Of a stretch of DNA of 64,000 bases, positions 13,339-26,049 are shown in pieces; position 1 is the stretch's first letter; each line of letters starts with the position of its first letter. The notes beneath the pieces are model-generated. The model saw only the letters and a program-made list of their open reading frames with translations. It was not told the origin of the DNA and ran no database searches. Location of the stretch: the NCBI GenBank assembly GCA_013265495.1, contig MU058287.1, positions 248,001 through 312,000 of the forward strand, read 5' to 3'. The DNA is from Vicugna vicugna. Its lineage: Eukaryota. The translations under genes were made by a program, and so were the position numbers.

Positions 13339-14149
13339 ATTGAGCAAACCACTCAGTATCTGTGGCCCTCTGTTTTTCCACCTGGAAAAAAAAAAAAGAG
13401 GGTGATGACACTTAGGCAGGATTGCTGTGAGAATCAGAAAAATGGGTACAAAATGTGCACCAGATCATTGGCACTCAGTACAGTATCCATTGTTGCTGTT
13501 CTGTGTTTAAGCTAAGAATACTCAACTCTTAGGTAACCTGAACTCACCCGCTTTCTGCATGTTTCTTCACTCATTAACCTGATAACACTACTCTGGGAGG
13601 TAGGGGTCCAGAACCTTGAAGTCAGATGGTCTTTGTTCAGTTCCTCTCTTATTAGGGGCTTTGAGCAAATTACTTATACTCTCTGAGGCTCATTTTTACC
13701 ACCTTTAAAAAGGGAGATAATGCCGGCACATAAGCTCCTGTTAGAGATAATGTATGAATGCGCCTGTGTGTCACTCAAGAAACGGCATCTTTCCTTTCCC
13801 CCAAGCTACAGAAATCCTGAGTGTCTGAGTCTCTATGAGAAAGTGCTGTTTCTCTCGCTTCCTCTTTTCCCTGCCATCCTTATTTTCATTTTATCCTCTG
13901 CTCTTCTTAGGGATTTGGGTCCTGCTTCATGGGGTTTGTGTCTCCTTGCTGCCAGTCAAGAATGCTAAAGAGTGTTCTGAAAATTTCTTATGGTTCACAT
14001 TCTAAGTTATTTCCTGAGTCCTGCTTTTCCCCTGAGAATTGAGACTACTGTTGCTTTCCCATTATTCTAATCTGCTTGTTTTTACAAACACTTTGTGGAG
14101 AGGTAGTTAGTGTTTTCTCATCTTCTAAGGAGGAGAAGTCTATCCACAC

Positions 14150-16140
14150 CATTGAGGACTTGCCCAGTGGCTTGCACTGGGCTCCTCAGAGTGTCCACTT
14201 CGGTGCTAACTGAATCCGTTTCTTAGATCAGCATCTGGAATTCCCAGTGTTTATTATTCTGAAGAATAACATCTTTCTGGACCCACCCTTTCCTTGTCTC
14301 CTGTGCCAGTAGGGGAGGAGTTTCCACACCTTCCAACAGGTAACCTTCCCCTGTGTAGTCTGGCTCCACCCCCTCCCATCTCTCCACTAATCGGTCATCA
14401 CGTTATCCTCCCATAACTGCAGTCTCACTACCAGATCCTTCCAATCAATGCTTGAACATACTCCTGTCTTAGTCCCTACCTTAAAAAAAATTACTCTCTT
14501 GGGACCACTCCCTTTTACGTCTAGCTACTGCACTGTCTCCTTACTCACAGCCGAGTTTCTCTAAAAAGTCGTCTACACTGTCTCCACTCCCATTTACACA
14601 CTTAGAAGGGCAGTGAAGTCGTCAAGAGAATGGATTTGTGAGCCAAGCTGCCTGAACCGGGATCCTGCTTCTGCCACATGTCCTTGGGCAGGTCAAATAA
14701 CCTCTCCATGCCTTCATTTCCTCATCTCTAGAATGGAATAAGAAGAGTACCTGCTTCATCAGGTTGTTGTGATGACTGAAGTAATATAAATTTTAAGTAT
14801 ATGGAGAGTTCGTAGGGCAGTACCTAGGCAGGGCTTGTACTATGTTAATATGATTATAATCCACTCCAGTGCAGCATAGGCTTCATTACTTCGGTAGAAC
14901 CTTTGCTGATGTCACCAGTAACTTCTATTTTGGTAAATCCATTGAATGCTTTGTAGACCTCTACTTGATTGACATTTCAGCAGTTCTGGTACTAAAACAT
15001 CCCCCCTTCCTGAGTCACTCTCTTTCCTCACTTGGATGATAGATGATCTTCCCAGCTTCCTCCCTGTTCTCTCAGCATCAGCTGCTGGTTTTCCCTACTC
15101 TACTCAAACCTCAGTGTCGGAGTTGTTTGGAGCTCAGCCCTAGGCCGTCTTCTCTTTTATTATTTCTTAAATTTTTTCATGGCAAGAATACTTGACTTGA
15201 GGTCTACACTCATAACCTAGGTCCTCCTTTTTTACTACCCATTCTCCCTAGGTCAACCCATCCACTCCATGTTCACAACTACCTTCATCTCAGCTCTCTG
15301 GCTCAGGGCTCTCTCCCGATATCACTCACAAGCCTCTCACACTTAGCAACTGCAAACTCACGCAGTACCTGCTTTCCCAACTGGCACCCCAAACTTCTGT
15401 TTCCTGGCGTTGCCACCCACCAGTTTTTCATGCCAGAAATCTGTGAAACCTCAACCCTTCTCTCTTGGGCCTGCGACAGAGAATCTTCCACCAGCTTCTG
15501 GCTCCTCTCCCTCCAAAGTGCTTTTAGAATCTTTACGCTTTGCTCTTTCTCCACTGCCAACACCGTGGTCCAAGCTTGAGTTATTTCCCTCCTGAACCAC
15601 TGCGTAGAACTGGCATTTCCCCAGCACCACCCGTCTATGTGTAGGAGCCCTGAGGGACCTTTGAAAAACACACAATGACCATGCCGCTCCCTTTCTCCAA
15701 CAGTATGGTTGACTTCCTGTTGCTTCTAGGGGTAGAGCCCGAAATTCCTTTCCATGGCTTAGGAGACCTGTATCAGCTGACCCCACCGGTCTCTCTGGCC
15801 TCCTCCTCCTCCTCTTCTCCCTTTGCTTACTAGCTCCAGTCACAGTGACCTTCTCACTGGTTGTCAAGGACAGTACTTTCCTTCCAACTTCAAAGCTCCC
15901 GCCTTCCCCACACCGCCATCCAACCCCACCGCTCCCTCAGTGAGGTCTCCCATGATTATTAGTTCCAAATCCTACTCACCCTTCAGGTATTAGCTTAAAT
16001 ATGTCTTTCTTAGGGAGGCCTTCTGTGATTTCCAAGACTTGGGTCAGCCTCTCTGTGGTACCTGTCACCTATTCATTTCCTGTTCATTTCCATCTAGGAA
16101 GTTAAAAAAACAGTTTTGGTTATGTGGTTATTTGGTTAAT
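14150..16140 (+). mobile_element. L2 LINE relic interrupted by a MIR (~14610-14860)
   Basis: Pyrimidine-rich L2 ORF2/3' motifs; the MIR core tccttgggcagg...ttcctcatctctagaatgga sits inside it. Confidence 0.6.
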
Positions 16141-16418
16141 TTTTTTGCCCAAAGTCTGCCACCCAGATCCTCTCCCCTCCCTACCTAGACAACAGAAAGA
16201 TGAATAGTTGAAACGGTCTTAAATAAAAAGAGCTTCCTTGTCTGCAGTTTTTAAGGGTTAATACAGAACTATTCTCTTTAGACATCACATCAATCAAAAT
16301 ATCAGAGAAAATGTTATTAAGATAGATTGCTTAATAAGAGAAATCGTGATAGCATGTGAGGTTTAAATACAAGCAGATAGAGTAAGGAATTTTTTTTAAT
16401 TTTTAGAAATATTTACAC

Positions 16419-16892
16419 TATCGGCTGAAATAAATGCGCAGCCTAAAAGTTGAGAGTTATGTTTTATTTGGTGGGAGAAATTGAGCTGGGATGAGAGCCT
16501 CTCAGATCTCTCTGAGGGTCCGCCCTGAAGAGGTAGGGAAGGAGCTAGGATATGTAGGAGCTTTACAACAAAGGCCAGGTAGTTGGAACAATAAAAGATT
16601 ACTTGTTATCTAAAGAAAGACAGGCATCTCAAAGAATTTAGTGCTTTTCTGTGTACGGGAGGAAGCAAACATTTGGGCTCATTGAATTCATTCCTTTGAC
16701 AAGCACCTGTCTATCTAGGGCCAGTATCCTGTCCTTTCTTATTCTGACTCCCCTCAGGGTGCACCGTTGTTGAGTGGCTGCAGAGGCCGGGCTGCAGGTT
16801 TGTCTTCACTATGGGTGGCTGCAGCCGCTGAAGACTTGATGGCTTCAGCATTCTTTGTTTACTGATACAGTTTGCAGTATTTTTCGTTCACA
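16419..16892 (-). mobile_element. ERV1-type solo LTR with 4-bp TSD ACAC
   Basis: acac|TAtcggctgaa ... ttcgttcaCA|acac (left TG mutated to TA). gttttatttg gives AATAAA on the minus strand. Confidence 0.78.
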
Positions 16893-17258
16893 ACACCTAC
16901 CTTACACTTAGCTCAGTAATAATCATATAACTTGTTTACAACACTCTTACCATGTATTTCTCTAACGTTGAATTTCAGCTTTATTGTCTCTTCTCCCACT
17001 TGCCTGATTCATTTAAATTGCCACCCGAAGCTGATAGACTTGTAGGAGGAACCTCACAGACAGTGCTTCTTGCCAGTGACATCTTATAGGGGAGATGACC
17101 CAGTTCAGGCGATAAAAAAATTTCAAGTGGAGAAAAGATCCATTTTTTAGCCAAAGTAGAGCCTCCTCATTTCCCCAAGGGGAGTTTTCTCGCTGTCTTT
17201 GAGAATGTGAGAGTATCTTGAAGTCTCGGAACATATTTTCTGGTGGCTACACAGGCAG

Positions 17259-17886
17259 TGATGCAGGAAAACGGATGTGGGGCATGAGGAGGGCCATGTC
17301 CCTGGCTTCAGTTAAGCCCCTGGGACGTGCCCCGCCAAGTGTGGGTCCTTGGCTTCGTGCAGGAAAGAATTCAAGAGCGAGCCACGGTTGAGGGAAGGTA
17401 GATTTACTCAGAGAGATACATTGAAAGGCAAGAGAAAGGCCACGAGATGTTGGGGTTGGGTGCTCAGATTAAAAGTAGGTACAGACTCCATAGACAGAAT
17501 GTGGGCCGTCTCCAAAGAGGGAGAGGAGGGGCCACCTCCAGGTGCCATGTTGCTGGTTTTTATGGGCTCAGTGGCTTCATATGCTAACAAGTGGAAGGAC
17601 CAGTCTAAGTAGCCTGGGGAAGGGGCTGGGATTCCCAGGAAGTTGGCCGTTTCCCACTCTTGGACCTTTTGTGGCTAGCCTTGGGACTGCCATGGTGCCT
17701 GTGGGTGTGTTATTCACCATGCTAATATATTACAATAGATGTATAATGAAGCTCAAGCTCTGCTAGAAGTTAAATCTCTCATCACCTTGAGCCTCAAGGC
17801 CTACTGGGGGTTGAATCTTCCACCATTTTGATGTTAATTGCTGTGGCATTCTTTGAATGGCTGTGCCCTGCCCCCTTCCTGTCTCA
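17259..17886 (-). mobile_element. ERV1-type solo LTR with 4-bp TSD GCAG
   Basis: gcag|TGatgcagg ... cctgtctCA|gcag; internal gcaggaaagaattcaagagcgagcca motif typical of antisense ERV1 LTRs. Confidence 0.82.
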
Positions 17887-18499
17887 GCAGGATTGCGTGA
17901 GCATCTTTACCGTGACCCTAGTCCTGCCCGGGTTTACAGTCAGCAGATGGTTTCCAGGGTCTGCAGTCACCAGCAGGAAACATGCCCCAGGGCACTGTCT
18001 CTCCTACAGCACCCAACGGTGCTTCAATTTTATACATTTAAGTAGAACTGTGTTCCTAAAAATTTTCAAAGTAAGAGAAGGAATTAGCTTGGTTATTATT
18101 ATCATAATGTTTTAATTCTCCTATCTTCTGAAAACCAGGTCCATGTTGACTCAGGATGAAGTTCATTAACTCTCTCAAACAAATATTTACTGAGTCTTTC
18201 CCATGTGCCTGGCAGGGTGCTAATCGCCAGAGGTTAACAGTGTATACAGCTTTGGCTCTGCCCTCAGCAAGCTTACAGTCTATTAAAGGATATGGGGAAA
18301 GAAGAAAACAATTCCCTTACAGTTCATAAGGACTATGTATAATAGAAGAAATTCAGGGGACTCTCAGAGTCCAGAGGATCATTCCCTATCCAAACTTGCA
18401 GTGTCATGGAAGGCTTCCCGGAGGAAGTGGCATGTAAGCTGGCCCTTGAGGGTAAATAAGAGTTACCCATACGAAAGTCCAGGGTAAGTGTCCCAGGCA

Positions 18500-19100
18500 A
18501 ACTATATTCAATACCTTGTAGTAACCTATAATAAAAAAGAATATGAAAATGAGAAATTGACATGTTGTAACTGACTATACTAAAAAAAAAACCATGAAAT
18601 TATTATTTTAAAAAAAATGAATATCTGCATTTTTTGCAGATACTGAAACATTGTGCTGAATACCAGAAACTGACCCAACACTGTAAATTGACTATACTTC
18701 AATAAAAAAAATTTTGAAAAGGAAAAAAAAAATTTTTAAAGATAAAAAGAAAAAAATACATAGTTTCAGTAGTGTCAGAGAAGTGCAATACCTTTTTAAA
18801 GAAAGAAGTGAGATTGTTTTTTGTTTTTACTGATGTGAAATGGTTAAAACAACATGAAATAATTAAATGGTTAATGCTATGCCCGTTTTTAATTAATTAG
18901 TTCAAGAATATGTTTTGAGAGAGAATATATATTTGCACAAAACAACAAATACACATTTCAAGGTATTCATAAAATAAGCTAGAATGTTTGCTGGGGGAAG
19001 GGTAAATAGTTGGCTACAAGGAGAAGAGGGATAAACAAGTAAATGGAATAGGAGGAGGGAAAATACTTGTAATCTCTCAATTCAGTTCAGTTAAAAAAAA
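18500..19100 (+). mobile_element. L1 3' end(s) with A-tail plus ~330 bp extra sequence and a second A-tail, inserted into an L2
   Basis: L1 terminus motifs at 18501-18590 and 18641-18710. L2 flanks on both sides share gt(c/t)ccaggca (18490-18499 and 19103-19112). Confidence 0.6.
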
Positions 19101-19475
19101 AAGTTCCAGGCAGAGAAAGATGGCCTCTAGGCAAGAAAGAGCAAATCACAGTCAGGAAGTTCAGTTGCCTGGGGCTGTTGACGTTTGTTTTCAAATCCAG
19201 TCACTTACCGCTACCCTCCTTCCCCAAACTGCTTGGTTTTTGTTTGGTTGGTTGGCTGGTGGGTGAGTTCCCACTTTTCCTCTGATGCCAGCCTGTCTGC
19301 GGCTGCCCCCTCAGCCTCCTCGACAGGTCCCTCGCATCCACGCACTCCCTAGCACCCAGGCCCTCTTAGCAAGCTCTCTTTGCTGCCTCCCATCCACTTT
19401 TCCCTTCCTGGCCAGAGACTGTTTTCAAATGCAGATCTGATCGTGTCAGTCCTCCTACTTAAAACTCTTCAGCGG

Positions 19476-21395
19476 TTTGTTTTTTCCAGTTTTGCAGGCT
19501 TTTTTTGGTTTTTTTGGTAGCACTTTTATGTTCCCTTATACCATGAAGTATCTTTGAGCCATGACATTCTCACCTCACAGCAGAAAAACAAGATGTGTAA
19601 GTCATCCTTAAAAGCTGAGAATTACGTAGAAAAATCTTACGTAAATTAAAACAATGCATAAATTTGCAGGTACAAATACAAATCATTTTGCAACTGTAGT
19701 GAGTAATTTAGCCCTGTGATACTCTGCTGGAAAAACATTGGATAAGAAAGAAAATGGGTCTGAAGACTTGGATTAGCTATGTTTCCTAGCAGTGCTGGAA
19801 GATTGCAAGAAAGCAGTGACAATTCATTCATAAATTCTTGCCAGCCTCTGGAGAAATCTAAGAACTGTCATTAGTACTGTTCAGATCTGATCAGGCTCCA
19901 AGGGGTGAACAGTTCACAAGAAATTGTCAGTCAGCTGACGAGCCGTCAACTCAGGCCAAGTGCCTTCTGTAAACATATTACCCTTAGCCTCCTTTGATCA
20001 CACAAAATCTCCAATTGAATGTGCTAAACTTTAAGCCAAATGTATGTACAGAATTTCAAAAAGTGTGTCATAAGGGAACAGTTAAGTTGAGAACAATGTG
20101 AAATGGTGCCATTTGCCTGCCTATCAGGTAAGGACAGGTTTTGTTTTTTAAAGGCATATTCAGGCAGGTGGGTCTAACAAAAGATGTGTACCTCTGCCAG
20201 GGCAAACTTGTACTTGTGAACTAACTCCTACAGGATGCCCAGCGTATCTGCCAGCAGTCCATTAAAAAGTATTTGCGGTTGTGGTGGCCAGTGGACAGGC
20301 CAAACTCATCAGAGTCTTACTTGCTAATCCACGTCAGCTGGAACAGCCAGACGTCATATTTGCACTCAGAGGAGTGAACATCCTAATTTCCGTTGTGCTT
20401 GGCTCTGGGGCTGTGACATCTGTTTGTGTTCTAAAGTCAGGAACTCCAGGGTACTTGGTAGCAGCACCAGACCACACGGTGCACGTTGTGTTGGTGTGTA
20501 GGTCCTTTCCAACATCAGCATCACGTCTTAAGGTTGAATTAGAAGCGTTCTCATGAAGTCCAGGATTCCATGTTTAAGACGAATGGCTGGAAAGAACTCC
20601 TGAATCTAAGACCCTCCCACCGCTAGAGAGCCTCAGCTGACGTCAGGGAGCTCCGTTCTCTTCTCCAGGAGATCAGTAAGGAGCAGCAGCTCCTGTTGGA
20701 CATCCAGAGTAGGGGAGCACCACTTCTCCCTGATGCTATGTGCAGTTTCTGCTGTGGACTTTTTCTCACAATCTTTAGAAATATTCTTCCAAGTCTTAGC
20801 TAGCTGGGTCCACAAATAGGACAACACAGGGCATGTGTAACCCTCATAGATGGACATTGTGTGGGTGACACCATGGCCCAAGTCTGTGCACCGAGCAGTG
20901 TATGACCAACTGTGTACAGGGACAGCACAGCTGGAATACAGCACACTTAGCTGGGTACCAAAGGTGTCCAATAGGACCTGCAACAAGTAGCCTTGAGGTT
21001 CAAGGGAGCTTCACTAAGGAGACAAGGGTATTTCTCAGGAGCAACAGGAATCCTTGCAGAAGGTGTAGTGCCAGATTGCCCACCTCACCCAGTAGGAATA
21101 GAGCCACATTCAACAGCATCTTGGATGACAGATACTGCCCTTGTTCTGGGTTCATCATCCATATGGTTCTCCTTCTGCACCAGAATTGCCATGACATCCT
21201 GTTACCTTGGGCAATTAATAGCAGGAAGCAGCCAGGTACGATGGTATCATTCCCAGCAGAGACACCTTTGCTCATGCCTGAGCAGTTATTGAGGGAAAGA
21301 ACAGTGATTTTTTTGATTTGTGCTGTTACCTTCATTTGCTGCAGACAGAGATGGAGGAGAACTGGCCGGGAAGCAGTGACAGCATCCGGAGAGCT
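19476..21395 (-). pseudogene. Processed (intronless) gamma-actin pseudogene, ACTG1-derived, heavily decayed
   Basis: Minus-strand fragments NNCSGMSKGVSAGND (actin DNGSGMCKAGFAGDD), DLGHGVTHTMSIYEGY (DSGDGVTHTVPIYEGY) and LEKRTELPD (LEKSYELPD). The C-terminal HRKCF* relic lies at ~20262-20286. Reverse complement of 19500-19870 resembles the recalled ACTG1 3'UTR (gatttctccagaggctggcaag; ataaaagtgctacc). T-rich tract at 19476-19515 is the poly(A) tail. Multiple frameshifts and stops. Confidence 0.88.
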
Positions 21396-22104
21396 TTTCT
21401 TTGCTGAAAGCTTTCAGTGGCATCACAGGCCCTAGATGACCTCGCCTGTGCCTACCTGTGCTACCTCCTCTCCCATCCTTGCCCGCTCACCCTCTGCCCT
21501 CCAGCCACACTCGACATCTTTCCAGCCCTCAGAGCCGCCATGCTCTTTCTTGTCTCAAGACATTCACAGGTGTTTTTCACTCACCAGTCACTTGATTTCC
21601 AACCCAACTCCTTAACCTACTGAACTTCCGTCCTTGGATTTTTACCTTGAACATCACTTCTTCCAAGAAACCTTCTCTGATTCCCCATCTAGTTTAGGTT
21701 TGTGCTCCTTCTTCTTCCTGCTTCTCACTTATTTGGAATCACTCCTTAAATGTCTGGCTTTGGTGGGGGCTAGGCCTTTTCGATTTGTTTCCGTATCCTC
21801 ACCTCCTAGTTGAATCTTTGGCTCAAAGCATTCCTTAAATACAGAAATGAATGAGCGAGGAAAGTCTGTAAGCAAAAGTAAAGGTTTGGTGACCATAAAC
21901 TGAATAACTTATCCCTTGGTTTCTGTTTTCTTTGTGACATGAAATTATCTAAATGCAAGGAGGAACATAGATGACATGGAAGAGGTTTCTTGTTTTGTTT
22001 TGTTTTTTGAAGAAGAAATAATATCTTATACCCCTGTCACCCATGACTAGATTCAACAAGTATCATTATATCTCCAAACTTGGCTCATCTAGGCCTCTAC
22101 CTTG

Positions 22105-22550
22105 TCTTTTTTTTTATATAGAGATATATTTTTCATACCATAGAATTCACCCTTTTAAAGTGTACAATCCAGTGGTTTTTAGACTGTTCACTAAGTTGTG
22201 CAACCATTATACTGTCTAATTCCAAAACATTTTTATTACCCCCTAAAGCATCCTTGTACCCTTTAAGCAATCACTGTTCTGTCCCCCCTCCCCAAGCCCC
22301 TGGCAATGACTTTCTGTCTATATGAATTTGCCTGTTATGGACATTTCATATCAATAGAATTATATAATATGTGGTCTTTTATTCTGGCCTTTTTCACTTA
22401 TCATAATGGTTTTGAGGTTTCCCCCTTGCAGCATGTATTCATACATCAAATGTTTTTATAGCCAAATGATACTTCATTGTATGGATATACCACAATTCAT
22501 TTATCCATCTTTCAACTGATGGACATTTTTCAGTTGTTTCCACTTTTGCG
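22105..22550 (-). mobile_element. L1 (L1MB-like) 3' fragment
   Basis: taccatagaattcacccttttaaagtgtacaatccagtgg...ggacatttcatatcaatagaat, antisense L1MB 3'UTR. Confidence 0.85.
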
Positions 22551-22739
22551 GCTGAAGATGGAAATATGAAGTTATAAATTACCCATGTAGTTAAAGGGAA
22601 AAAGCACTAACAAGGAGGCAGGAGGAGGTGAGGCCTCAGAGGGGGCCCGTTTAAATTTGAGACCACAAAATCACGCTGCACAGGCATGTAACCACATTTA
22701 CAAACCCTCTACAAGTGAGCTCTGCCTCGTCTCCAGAAC

Positions 22740-23127
22740 TTCACACACCAGCTCTACTAATCCTCTTGTGGGTCCCTGAACGTCCCTTGATCTCTCTCTG
22801 GTATTTGCAGTATTCTCTCAGTGGGGATCATTTTCTTCCAGGCCTCACGCTCACGAGCAGTCTGTCTTTGAGTCTCAGATGTCACTTCCTCCAGGAAACC
22901 ATCCATGACACTCTGGGTTGGCATTAGGTGTCCCCATAGCTTCCCCTAGTCACCCCATCAAAGCACATACAGCACTGCCCTGAAATCTCATCCCTGCACC
23001 ACCACTGGACTTGTGGGCAGTGACTACTACAACATTCTCCATATGCTCCCCAATGCCTAAGACAATGCCTGTGCACAGTCAGGGCTCAGTAAACTGTGAA
23101 GGAATAAATGAATGAATGAATGAATGA
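22740..23127 (+). mobile_element. L2 3' end
   Basis: tcagatgtcacttcctccaggaaacc...gggctcagtaaac...(tgaa)n tail. Confidence 0.8.
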
Positions 23128-23564
23128 TGCATACTTTCAAATCCATTAATCCGTGAGGGTCAAAGATGCTAGCAGCTAAGGCAAGATAGTAAGATGGCTG
23201 TCTTTCCAACACCCTGGTGGTTGCAATTCCTCAGAGACAAATTTTCACACCCTTAATAATTGAGAACTAGAATGGTTATGTTTGTCAAAGCACATTTATT
23301 TGTATTTCTGAACAAGTTTTCCATCAAAACTGAAAATCAGTTTTTCAGAAATATTAATTTATCAGTTCTCCCGTTTTCTTTCTTTGTCTGCATTTGGTGT
23401 TTCACTCTTAAGTGAAGGTTTCTATAACAGAACTGGAAAGTAGCAAGTGGCTCTCACCCAGGTGGACCTAGGTAAAGAAGAAAGGATACTAGCCAGGATT
23501 TCAAATATAATCTAGCATTAGGGAGCCAGCCTCTTAACTGACATTGGAGAGGACGAAATTGCTC

Positions 23565-23669
23565 TTTTTTGTGGGGAGACGTAACTAGGTTTATTTATTT
23601 TTTTAGAGGAGGTACTGGGGATTAAAGCTAGGACCTTGTGCTCCATCACTTGAGCGATACCCTCCCCTC
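23565..23669 (-). mobile_element. Camelid-type tRNA-derived SINE, internally deleted
   Basis: Reverse complement ggggagggtatcgctcaagtgatggagcacaaggtcctagctttaatccccagtacctcctctaaaaaataaataaacctagttac...A-tail matches the recalled camelid SINE head, body and tail. Confidence 0.75.
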
Positions 23670-26049
23670 TAAAAGTGCTTTCTCAAAAGAAAGAAAAATG
23701 CTAGTGATATACCCCCCCCATTACCATCAATTCTGTTAACTCAACTTTTAATTCCTTTTTGTTAAATCAATTAAAATTTTGACTCTGTATACTCCCCCCA
23801 AGATATTATAGAAAATCAAAAATATTGCTGGCATATTAAGCTAACAGAGATATTCCCTGAACTTGACCAAATAAACCCTTCTTTAAAATATCAACATAGA
23901 TAAAATACAGCTATATTTAAAACAGTGTATGCTCCAAGCCTTTGAATTAATTTTCCTTTGAGGAAGGCACTGTGCAGAGGAAGCAATATCTGATACGTAC
24001 AAATTAAGTGAGGTTGATCTATTGAAACGTAGTTGGCAATGACCCGGCTTCTTAGTTTGCTTGTTAACAGTTTACTTCTAAGTGCGTGCATCTTTAAACT
24101 GACACTGCCGCTTGTTTTTCCAAGAGGCAAATCATGGGAGATGGCCATAAATTGACTCTTGCTTTGCAATCCAAAGTCTATCTTAATGCAAGTTCCCCTG
24201 TGCTTATCTAATAATGAGCTTGGACAAGAATAATGCTGCCTCAGATTGCCATGTTCAAGGCATTCATTAAAGTTAATAATCAGTGCTGTTGCATAGAAGC
24301 TTTATACCTAATGTTGATCAGCCCTTTATTGTGTAGAGTTTGCTTGTATTCAAGTAGCAAGGAGCTCACCACAAAGGCCATCAGGTAGGTTTCCATGGTA
24401 GCAGTCCTTCTTTTGTTATTCCCATTTGTAACATAGACAGTATCCAGATACTCACTCTGTCACTGCTTAATGAAAAGAAATAGAATATTGATAATGCCGC
24501 TGCAGTCAGGAAGCCGGTCCGTGGGTGCGACACTAAAGGAGGACATGCTGTCTACTCGGGTTTTCTTTTAAGCAGTTGTCCACTAAGCAGGACTAGTGTC
24601 CCTTTGATCTTATTGTATTGTGTCCTATTAATGTCCTCCAGTGGTTTCATATCATTGTTCTAGGGACAAGTAGAACTAAATGATGAATACTGCCATGCTG
24701 AATCTTATGAAAGACAAGTCTGTGATTGTACCTATTAAGAGTGCAGTGTAAAACTATGGGAGAAAAAAAATCAACTTTTCAACATATCAGGATAACATTA
24801 AGGAATGAAAGTAGCTTTTGAATTTTTGTTGCATCCGTGTGGTTGTTCATTTATCCCGGTGACTCAACATCTGCATTTGCTTGTTCTCTTTTGGTATCTA
24901 AAAGTAAATGCAACTGGTGTCTCTTCCCATTGGTTGTGAATCGATTATTTGAGCCCCCAGAAGCACATGGGAGCTTTTTGATGCAGCCTGGCTCGTTCTA
25001 ACAGAGATCACAGGAGAAGTCAACTGATACTCAGTCATTCAAACGAGAGAAGAATTTACTAAGGCTTAACATCGTTCTTCTAGTCAGTCCAGCCAAAACA
25101 TCATTTCTGCCACTCACTCAGGAAAGCGTAAACGCTGTAACTCTTAATTTACTTTTCTCCTTCCCAGAGGCTAGGAGATCCAAAAACGTTTATGAACTGG
25201 TAGGACGTTAATACTTCAATTTTAGCTACTTTAATTCATGAAATCTCCACAGGGCACTGTAGGGCTTTCCCTTGTAGTCTTTGCATTCATCATAAATGGA
25301 CTAAGTAGGTGTAACATATGTGGAGGTGTGTAAGAGTATGTCATATATTAAAAAGAGCTTAAAATACTTCAAAAGAAAACTTCAGTGAGATGGAGAACTG
25401 AAATTGTTATTATATAAGAGTGGCCAGTGGGACAGAAATGGGAAGGACCCGGGATTGAGATGGAAGAAGTTTAAACTGAATCAAGGGTTGAGGGTTTCCA
25501 GCTTGAAGTTGTTGATAAGCATCCATTTACCTTTCAGGTGGGGTAGATGGTGGGGGAATGTGGGCTTTCCCAATGGACAGACAAGAATGTGATCAGCTCA
25601 AGGGAGAGATTTAAGGTCAGCAGGACTAGAAACTGGGGATACTTACTGATCAAGAAGAGGAGGTACAGTAGAAAAGTACGGAAAGGGTAGAAGCAGAGAG
25701 TCCAGAGCCAGGCCAGAAGAAAAGCCAGCCTGATACAAGCCTGCGCTGCTTGCAGAAACCTAGTGGTAAACCAGATCACTCTTTTGGAAAAAGGAAGACC
25801 TTCAGTCGTTTCCAGAGTGTATAGAGCCCAACTGTCTTTCCATTTTATAAATTAGCAAGTCAACATTTTGCCTCTATTTGACAGCTATCAATTTAAAATT
25901 GCCCTTTATTTTGAACGCAGTCACCAATATTGAGTTGGAATACTCTCTAGTTTTTATTCCAAGCCATCTTCTTTACAGATTCCCCTTCATTATTTAAACA
26001 GTGCTCACTATGTACTGGTTGTGCTAGCTGATAGAGACCCAAAGATAAT

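Noticed and set aside
20902..21435. 177-aa and 99-aa plus-strand ORFs
   Set aside because: Antisense shadows of the actin pseudogene.
23590..23669. tRNA gene
   Set aside because: It is a SINE head with a deleted anticodon arm and an A-rich tail, and cannot fold as a tRNA.
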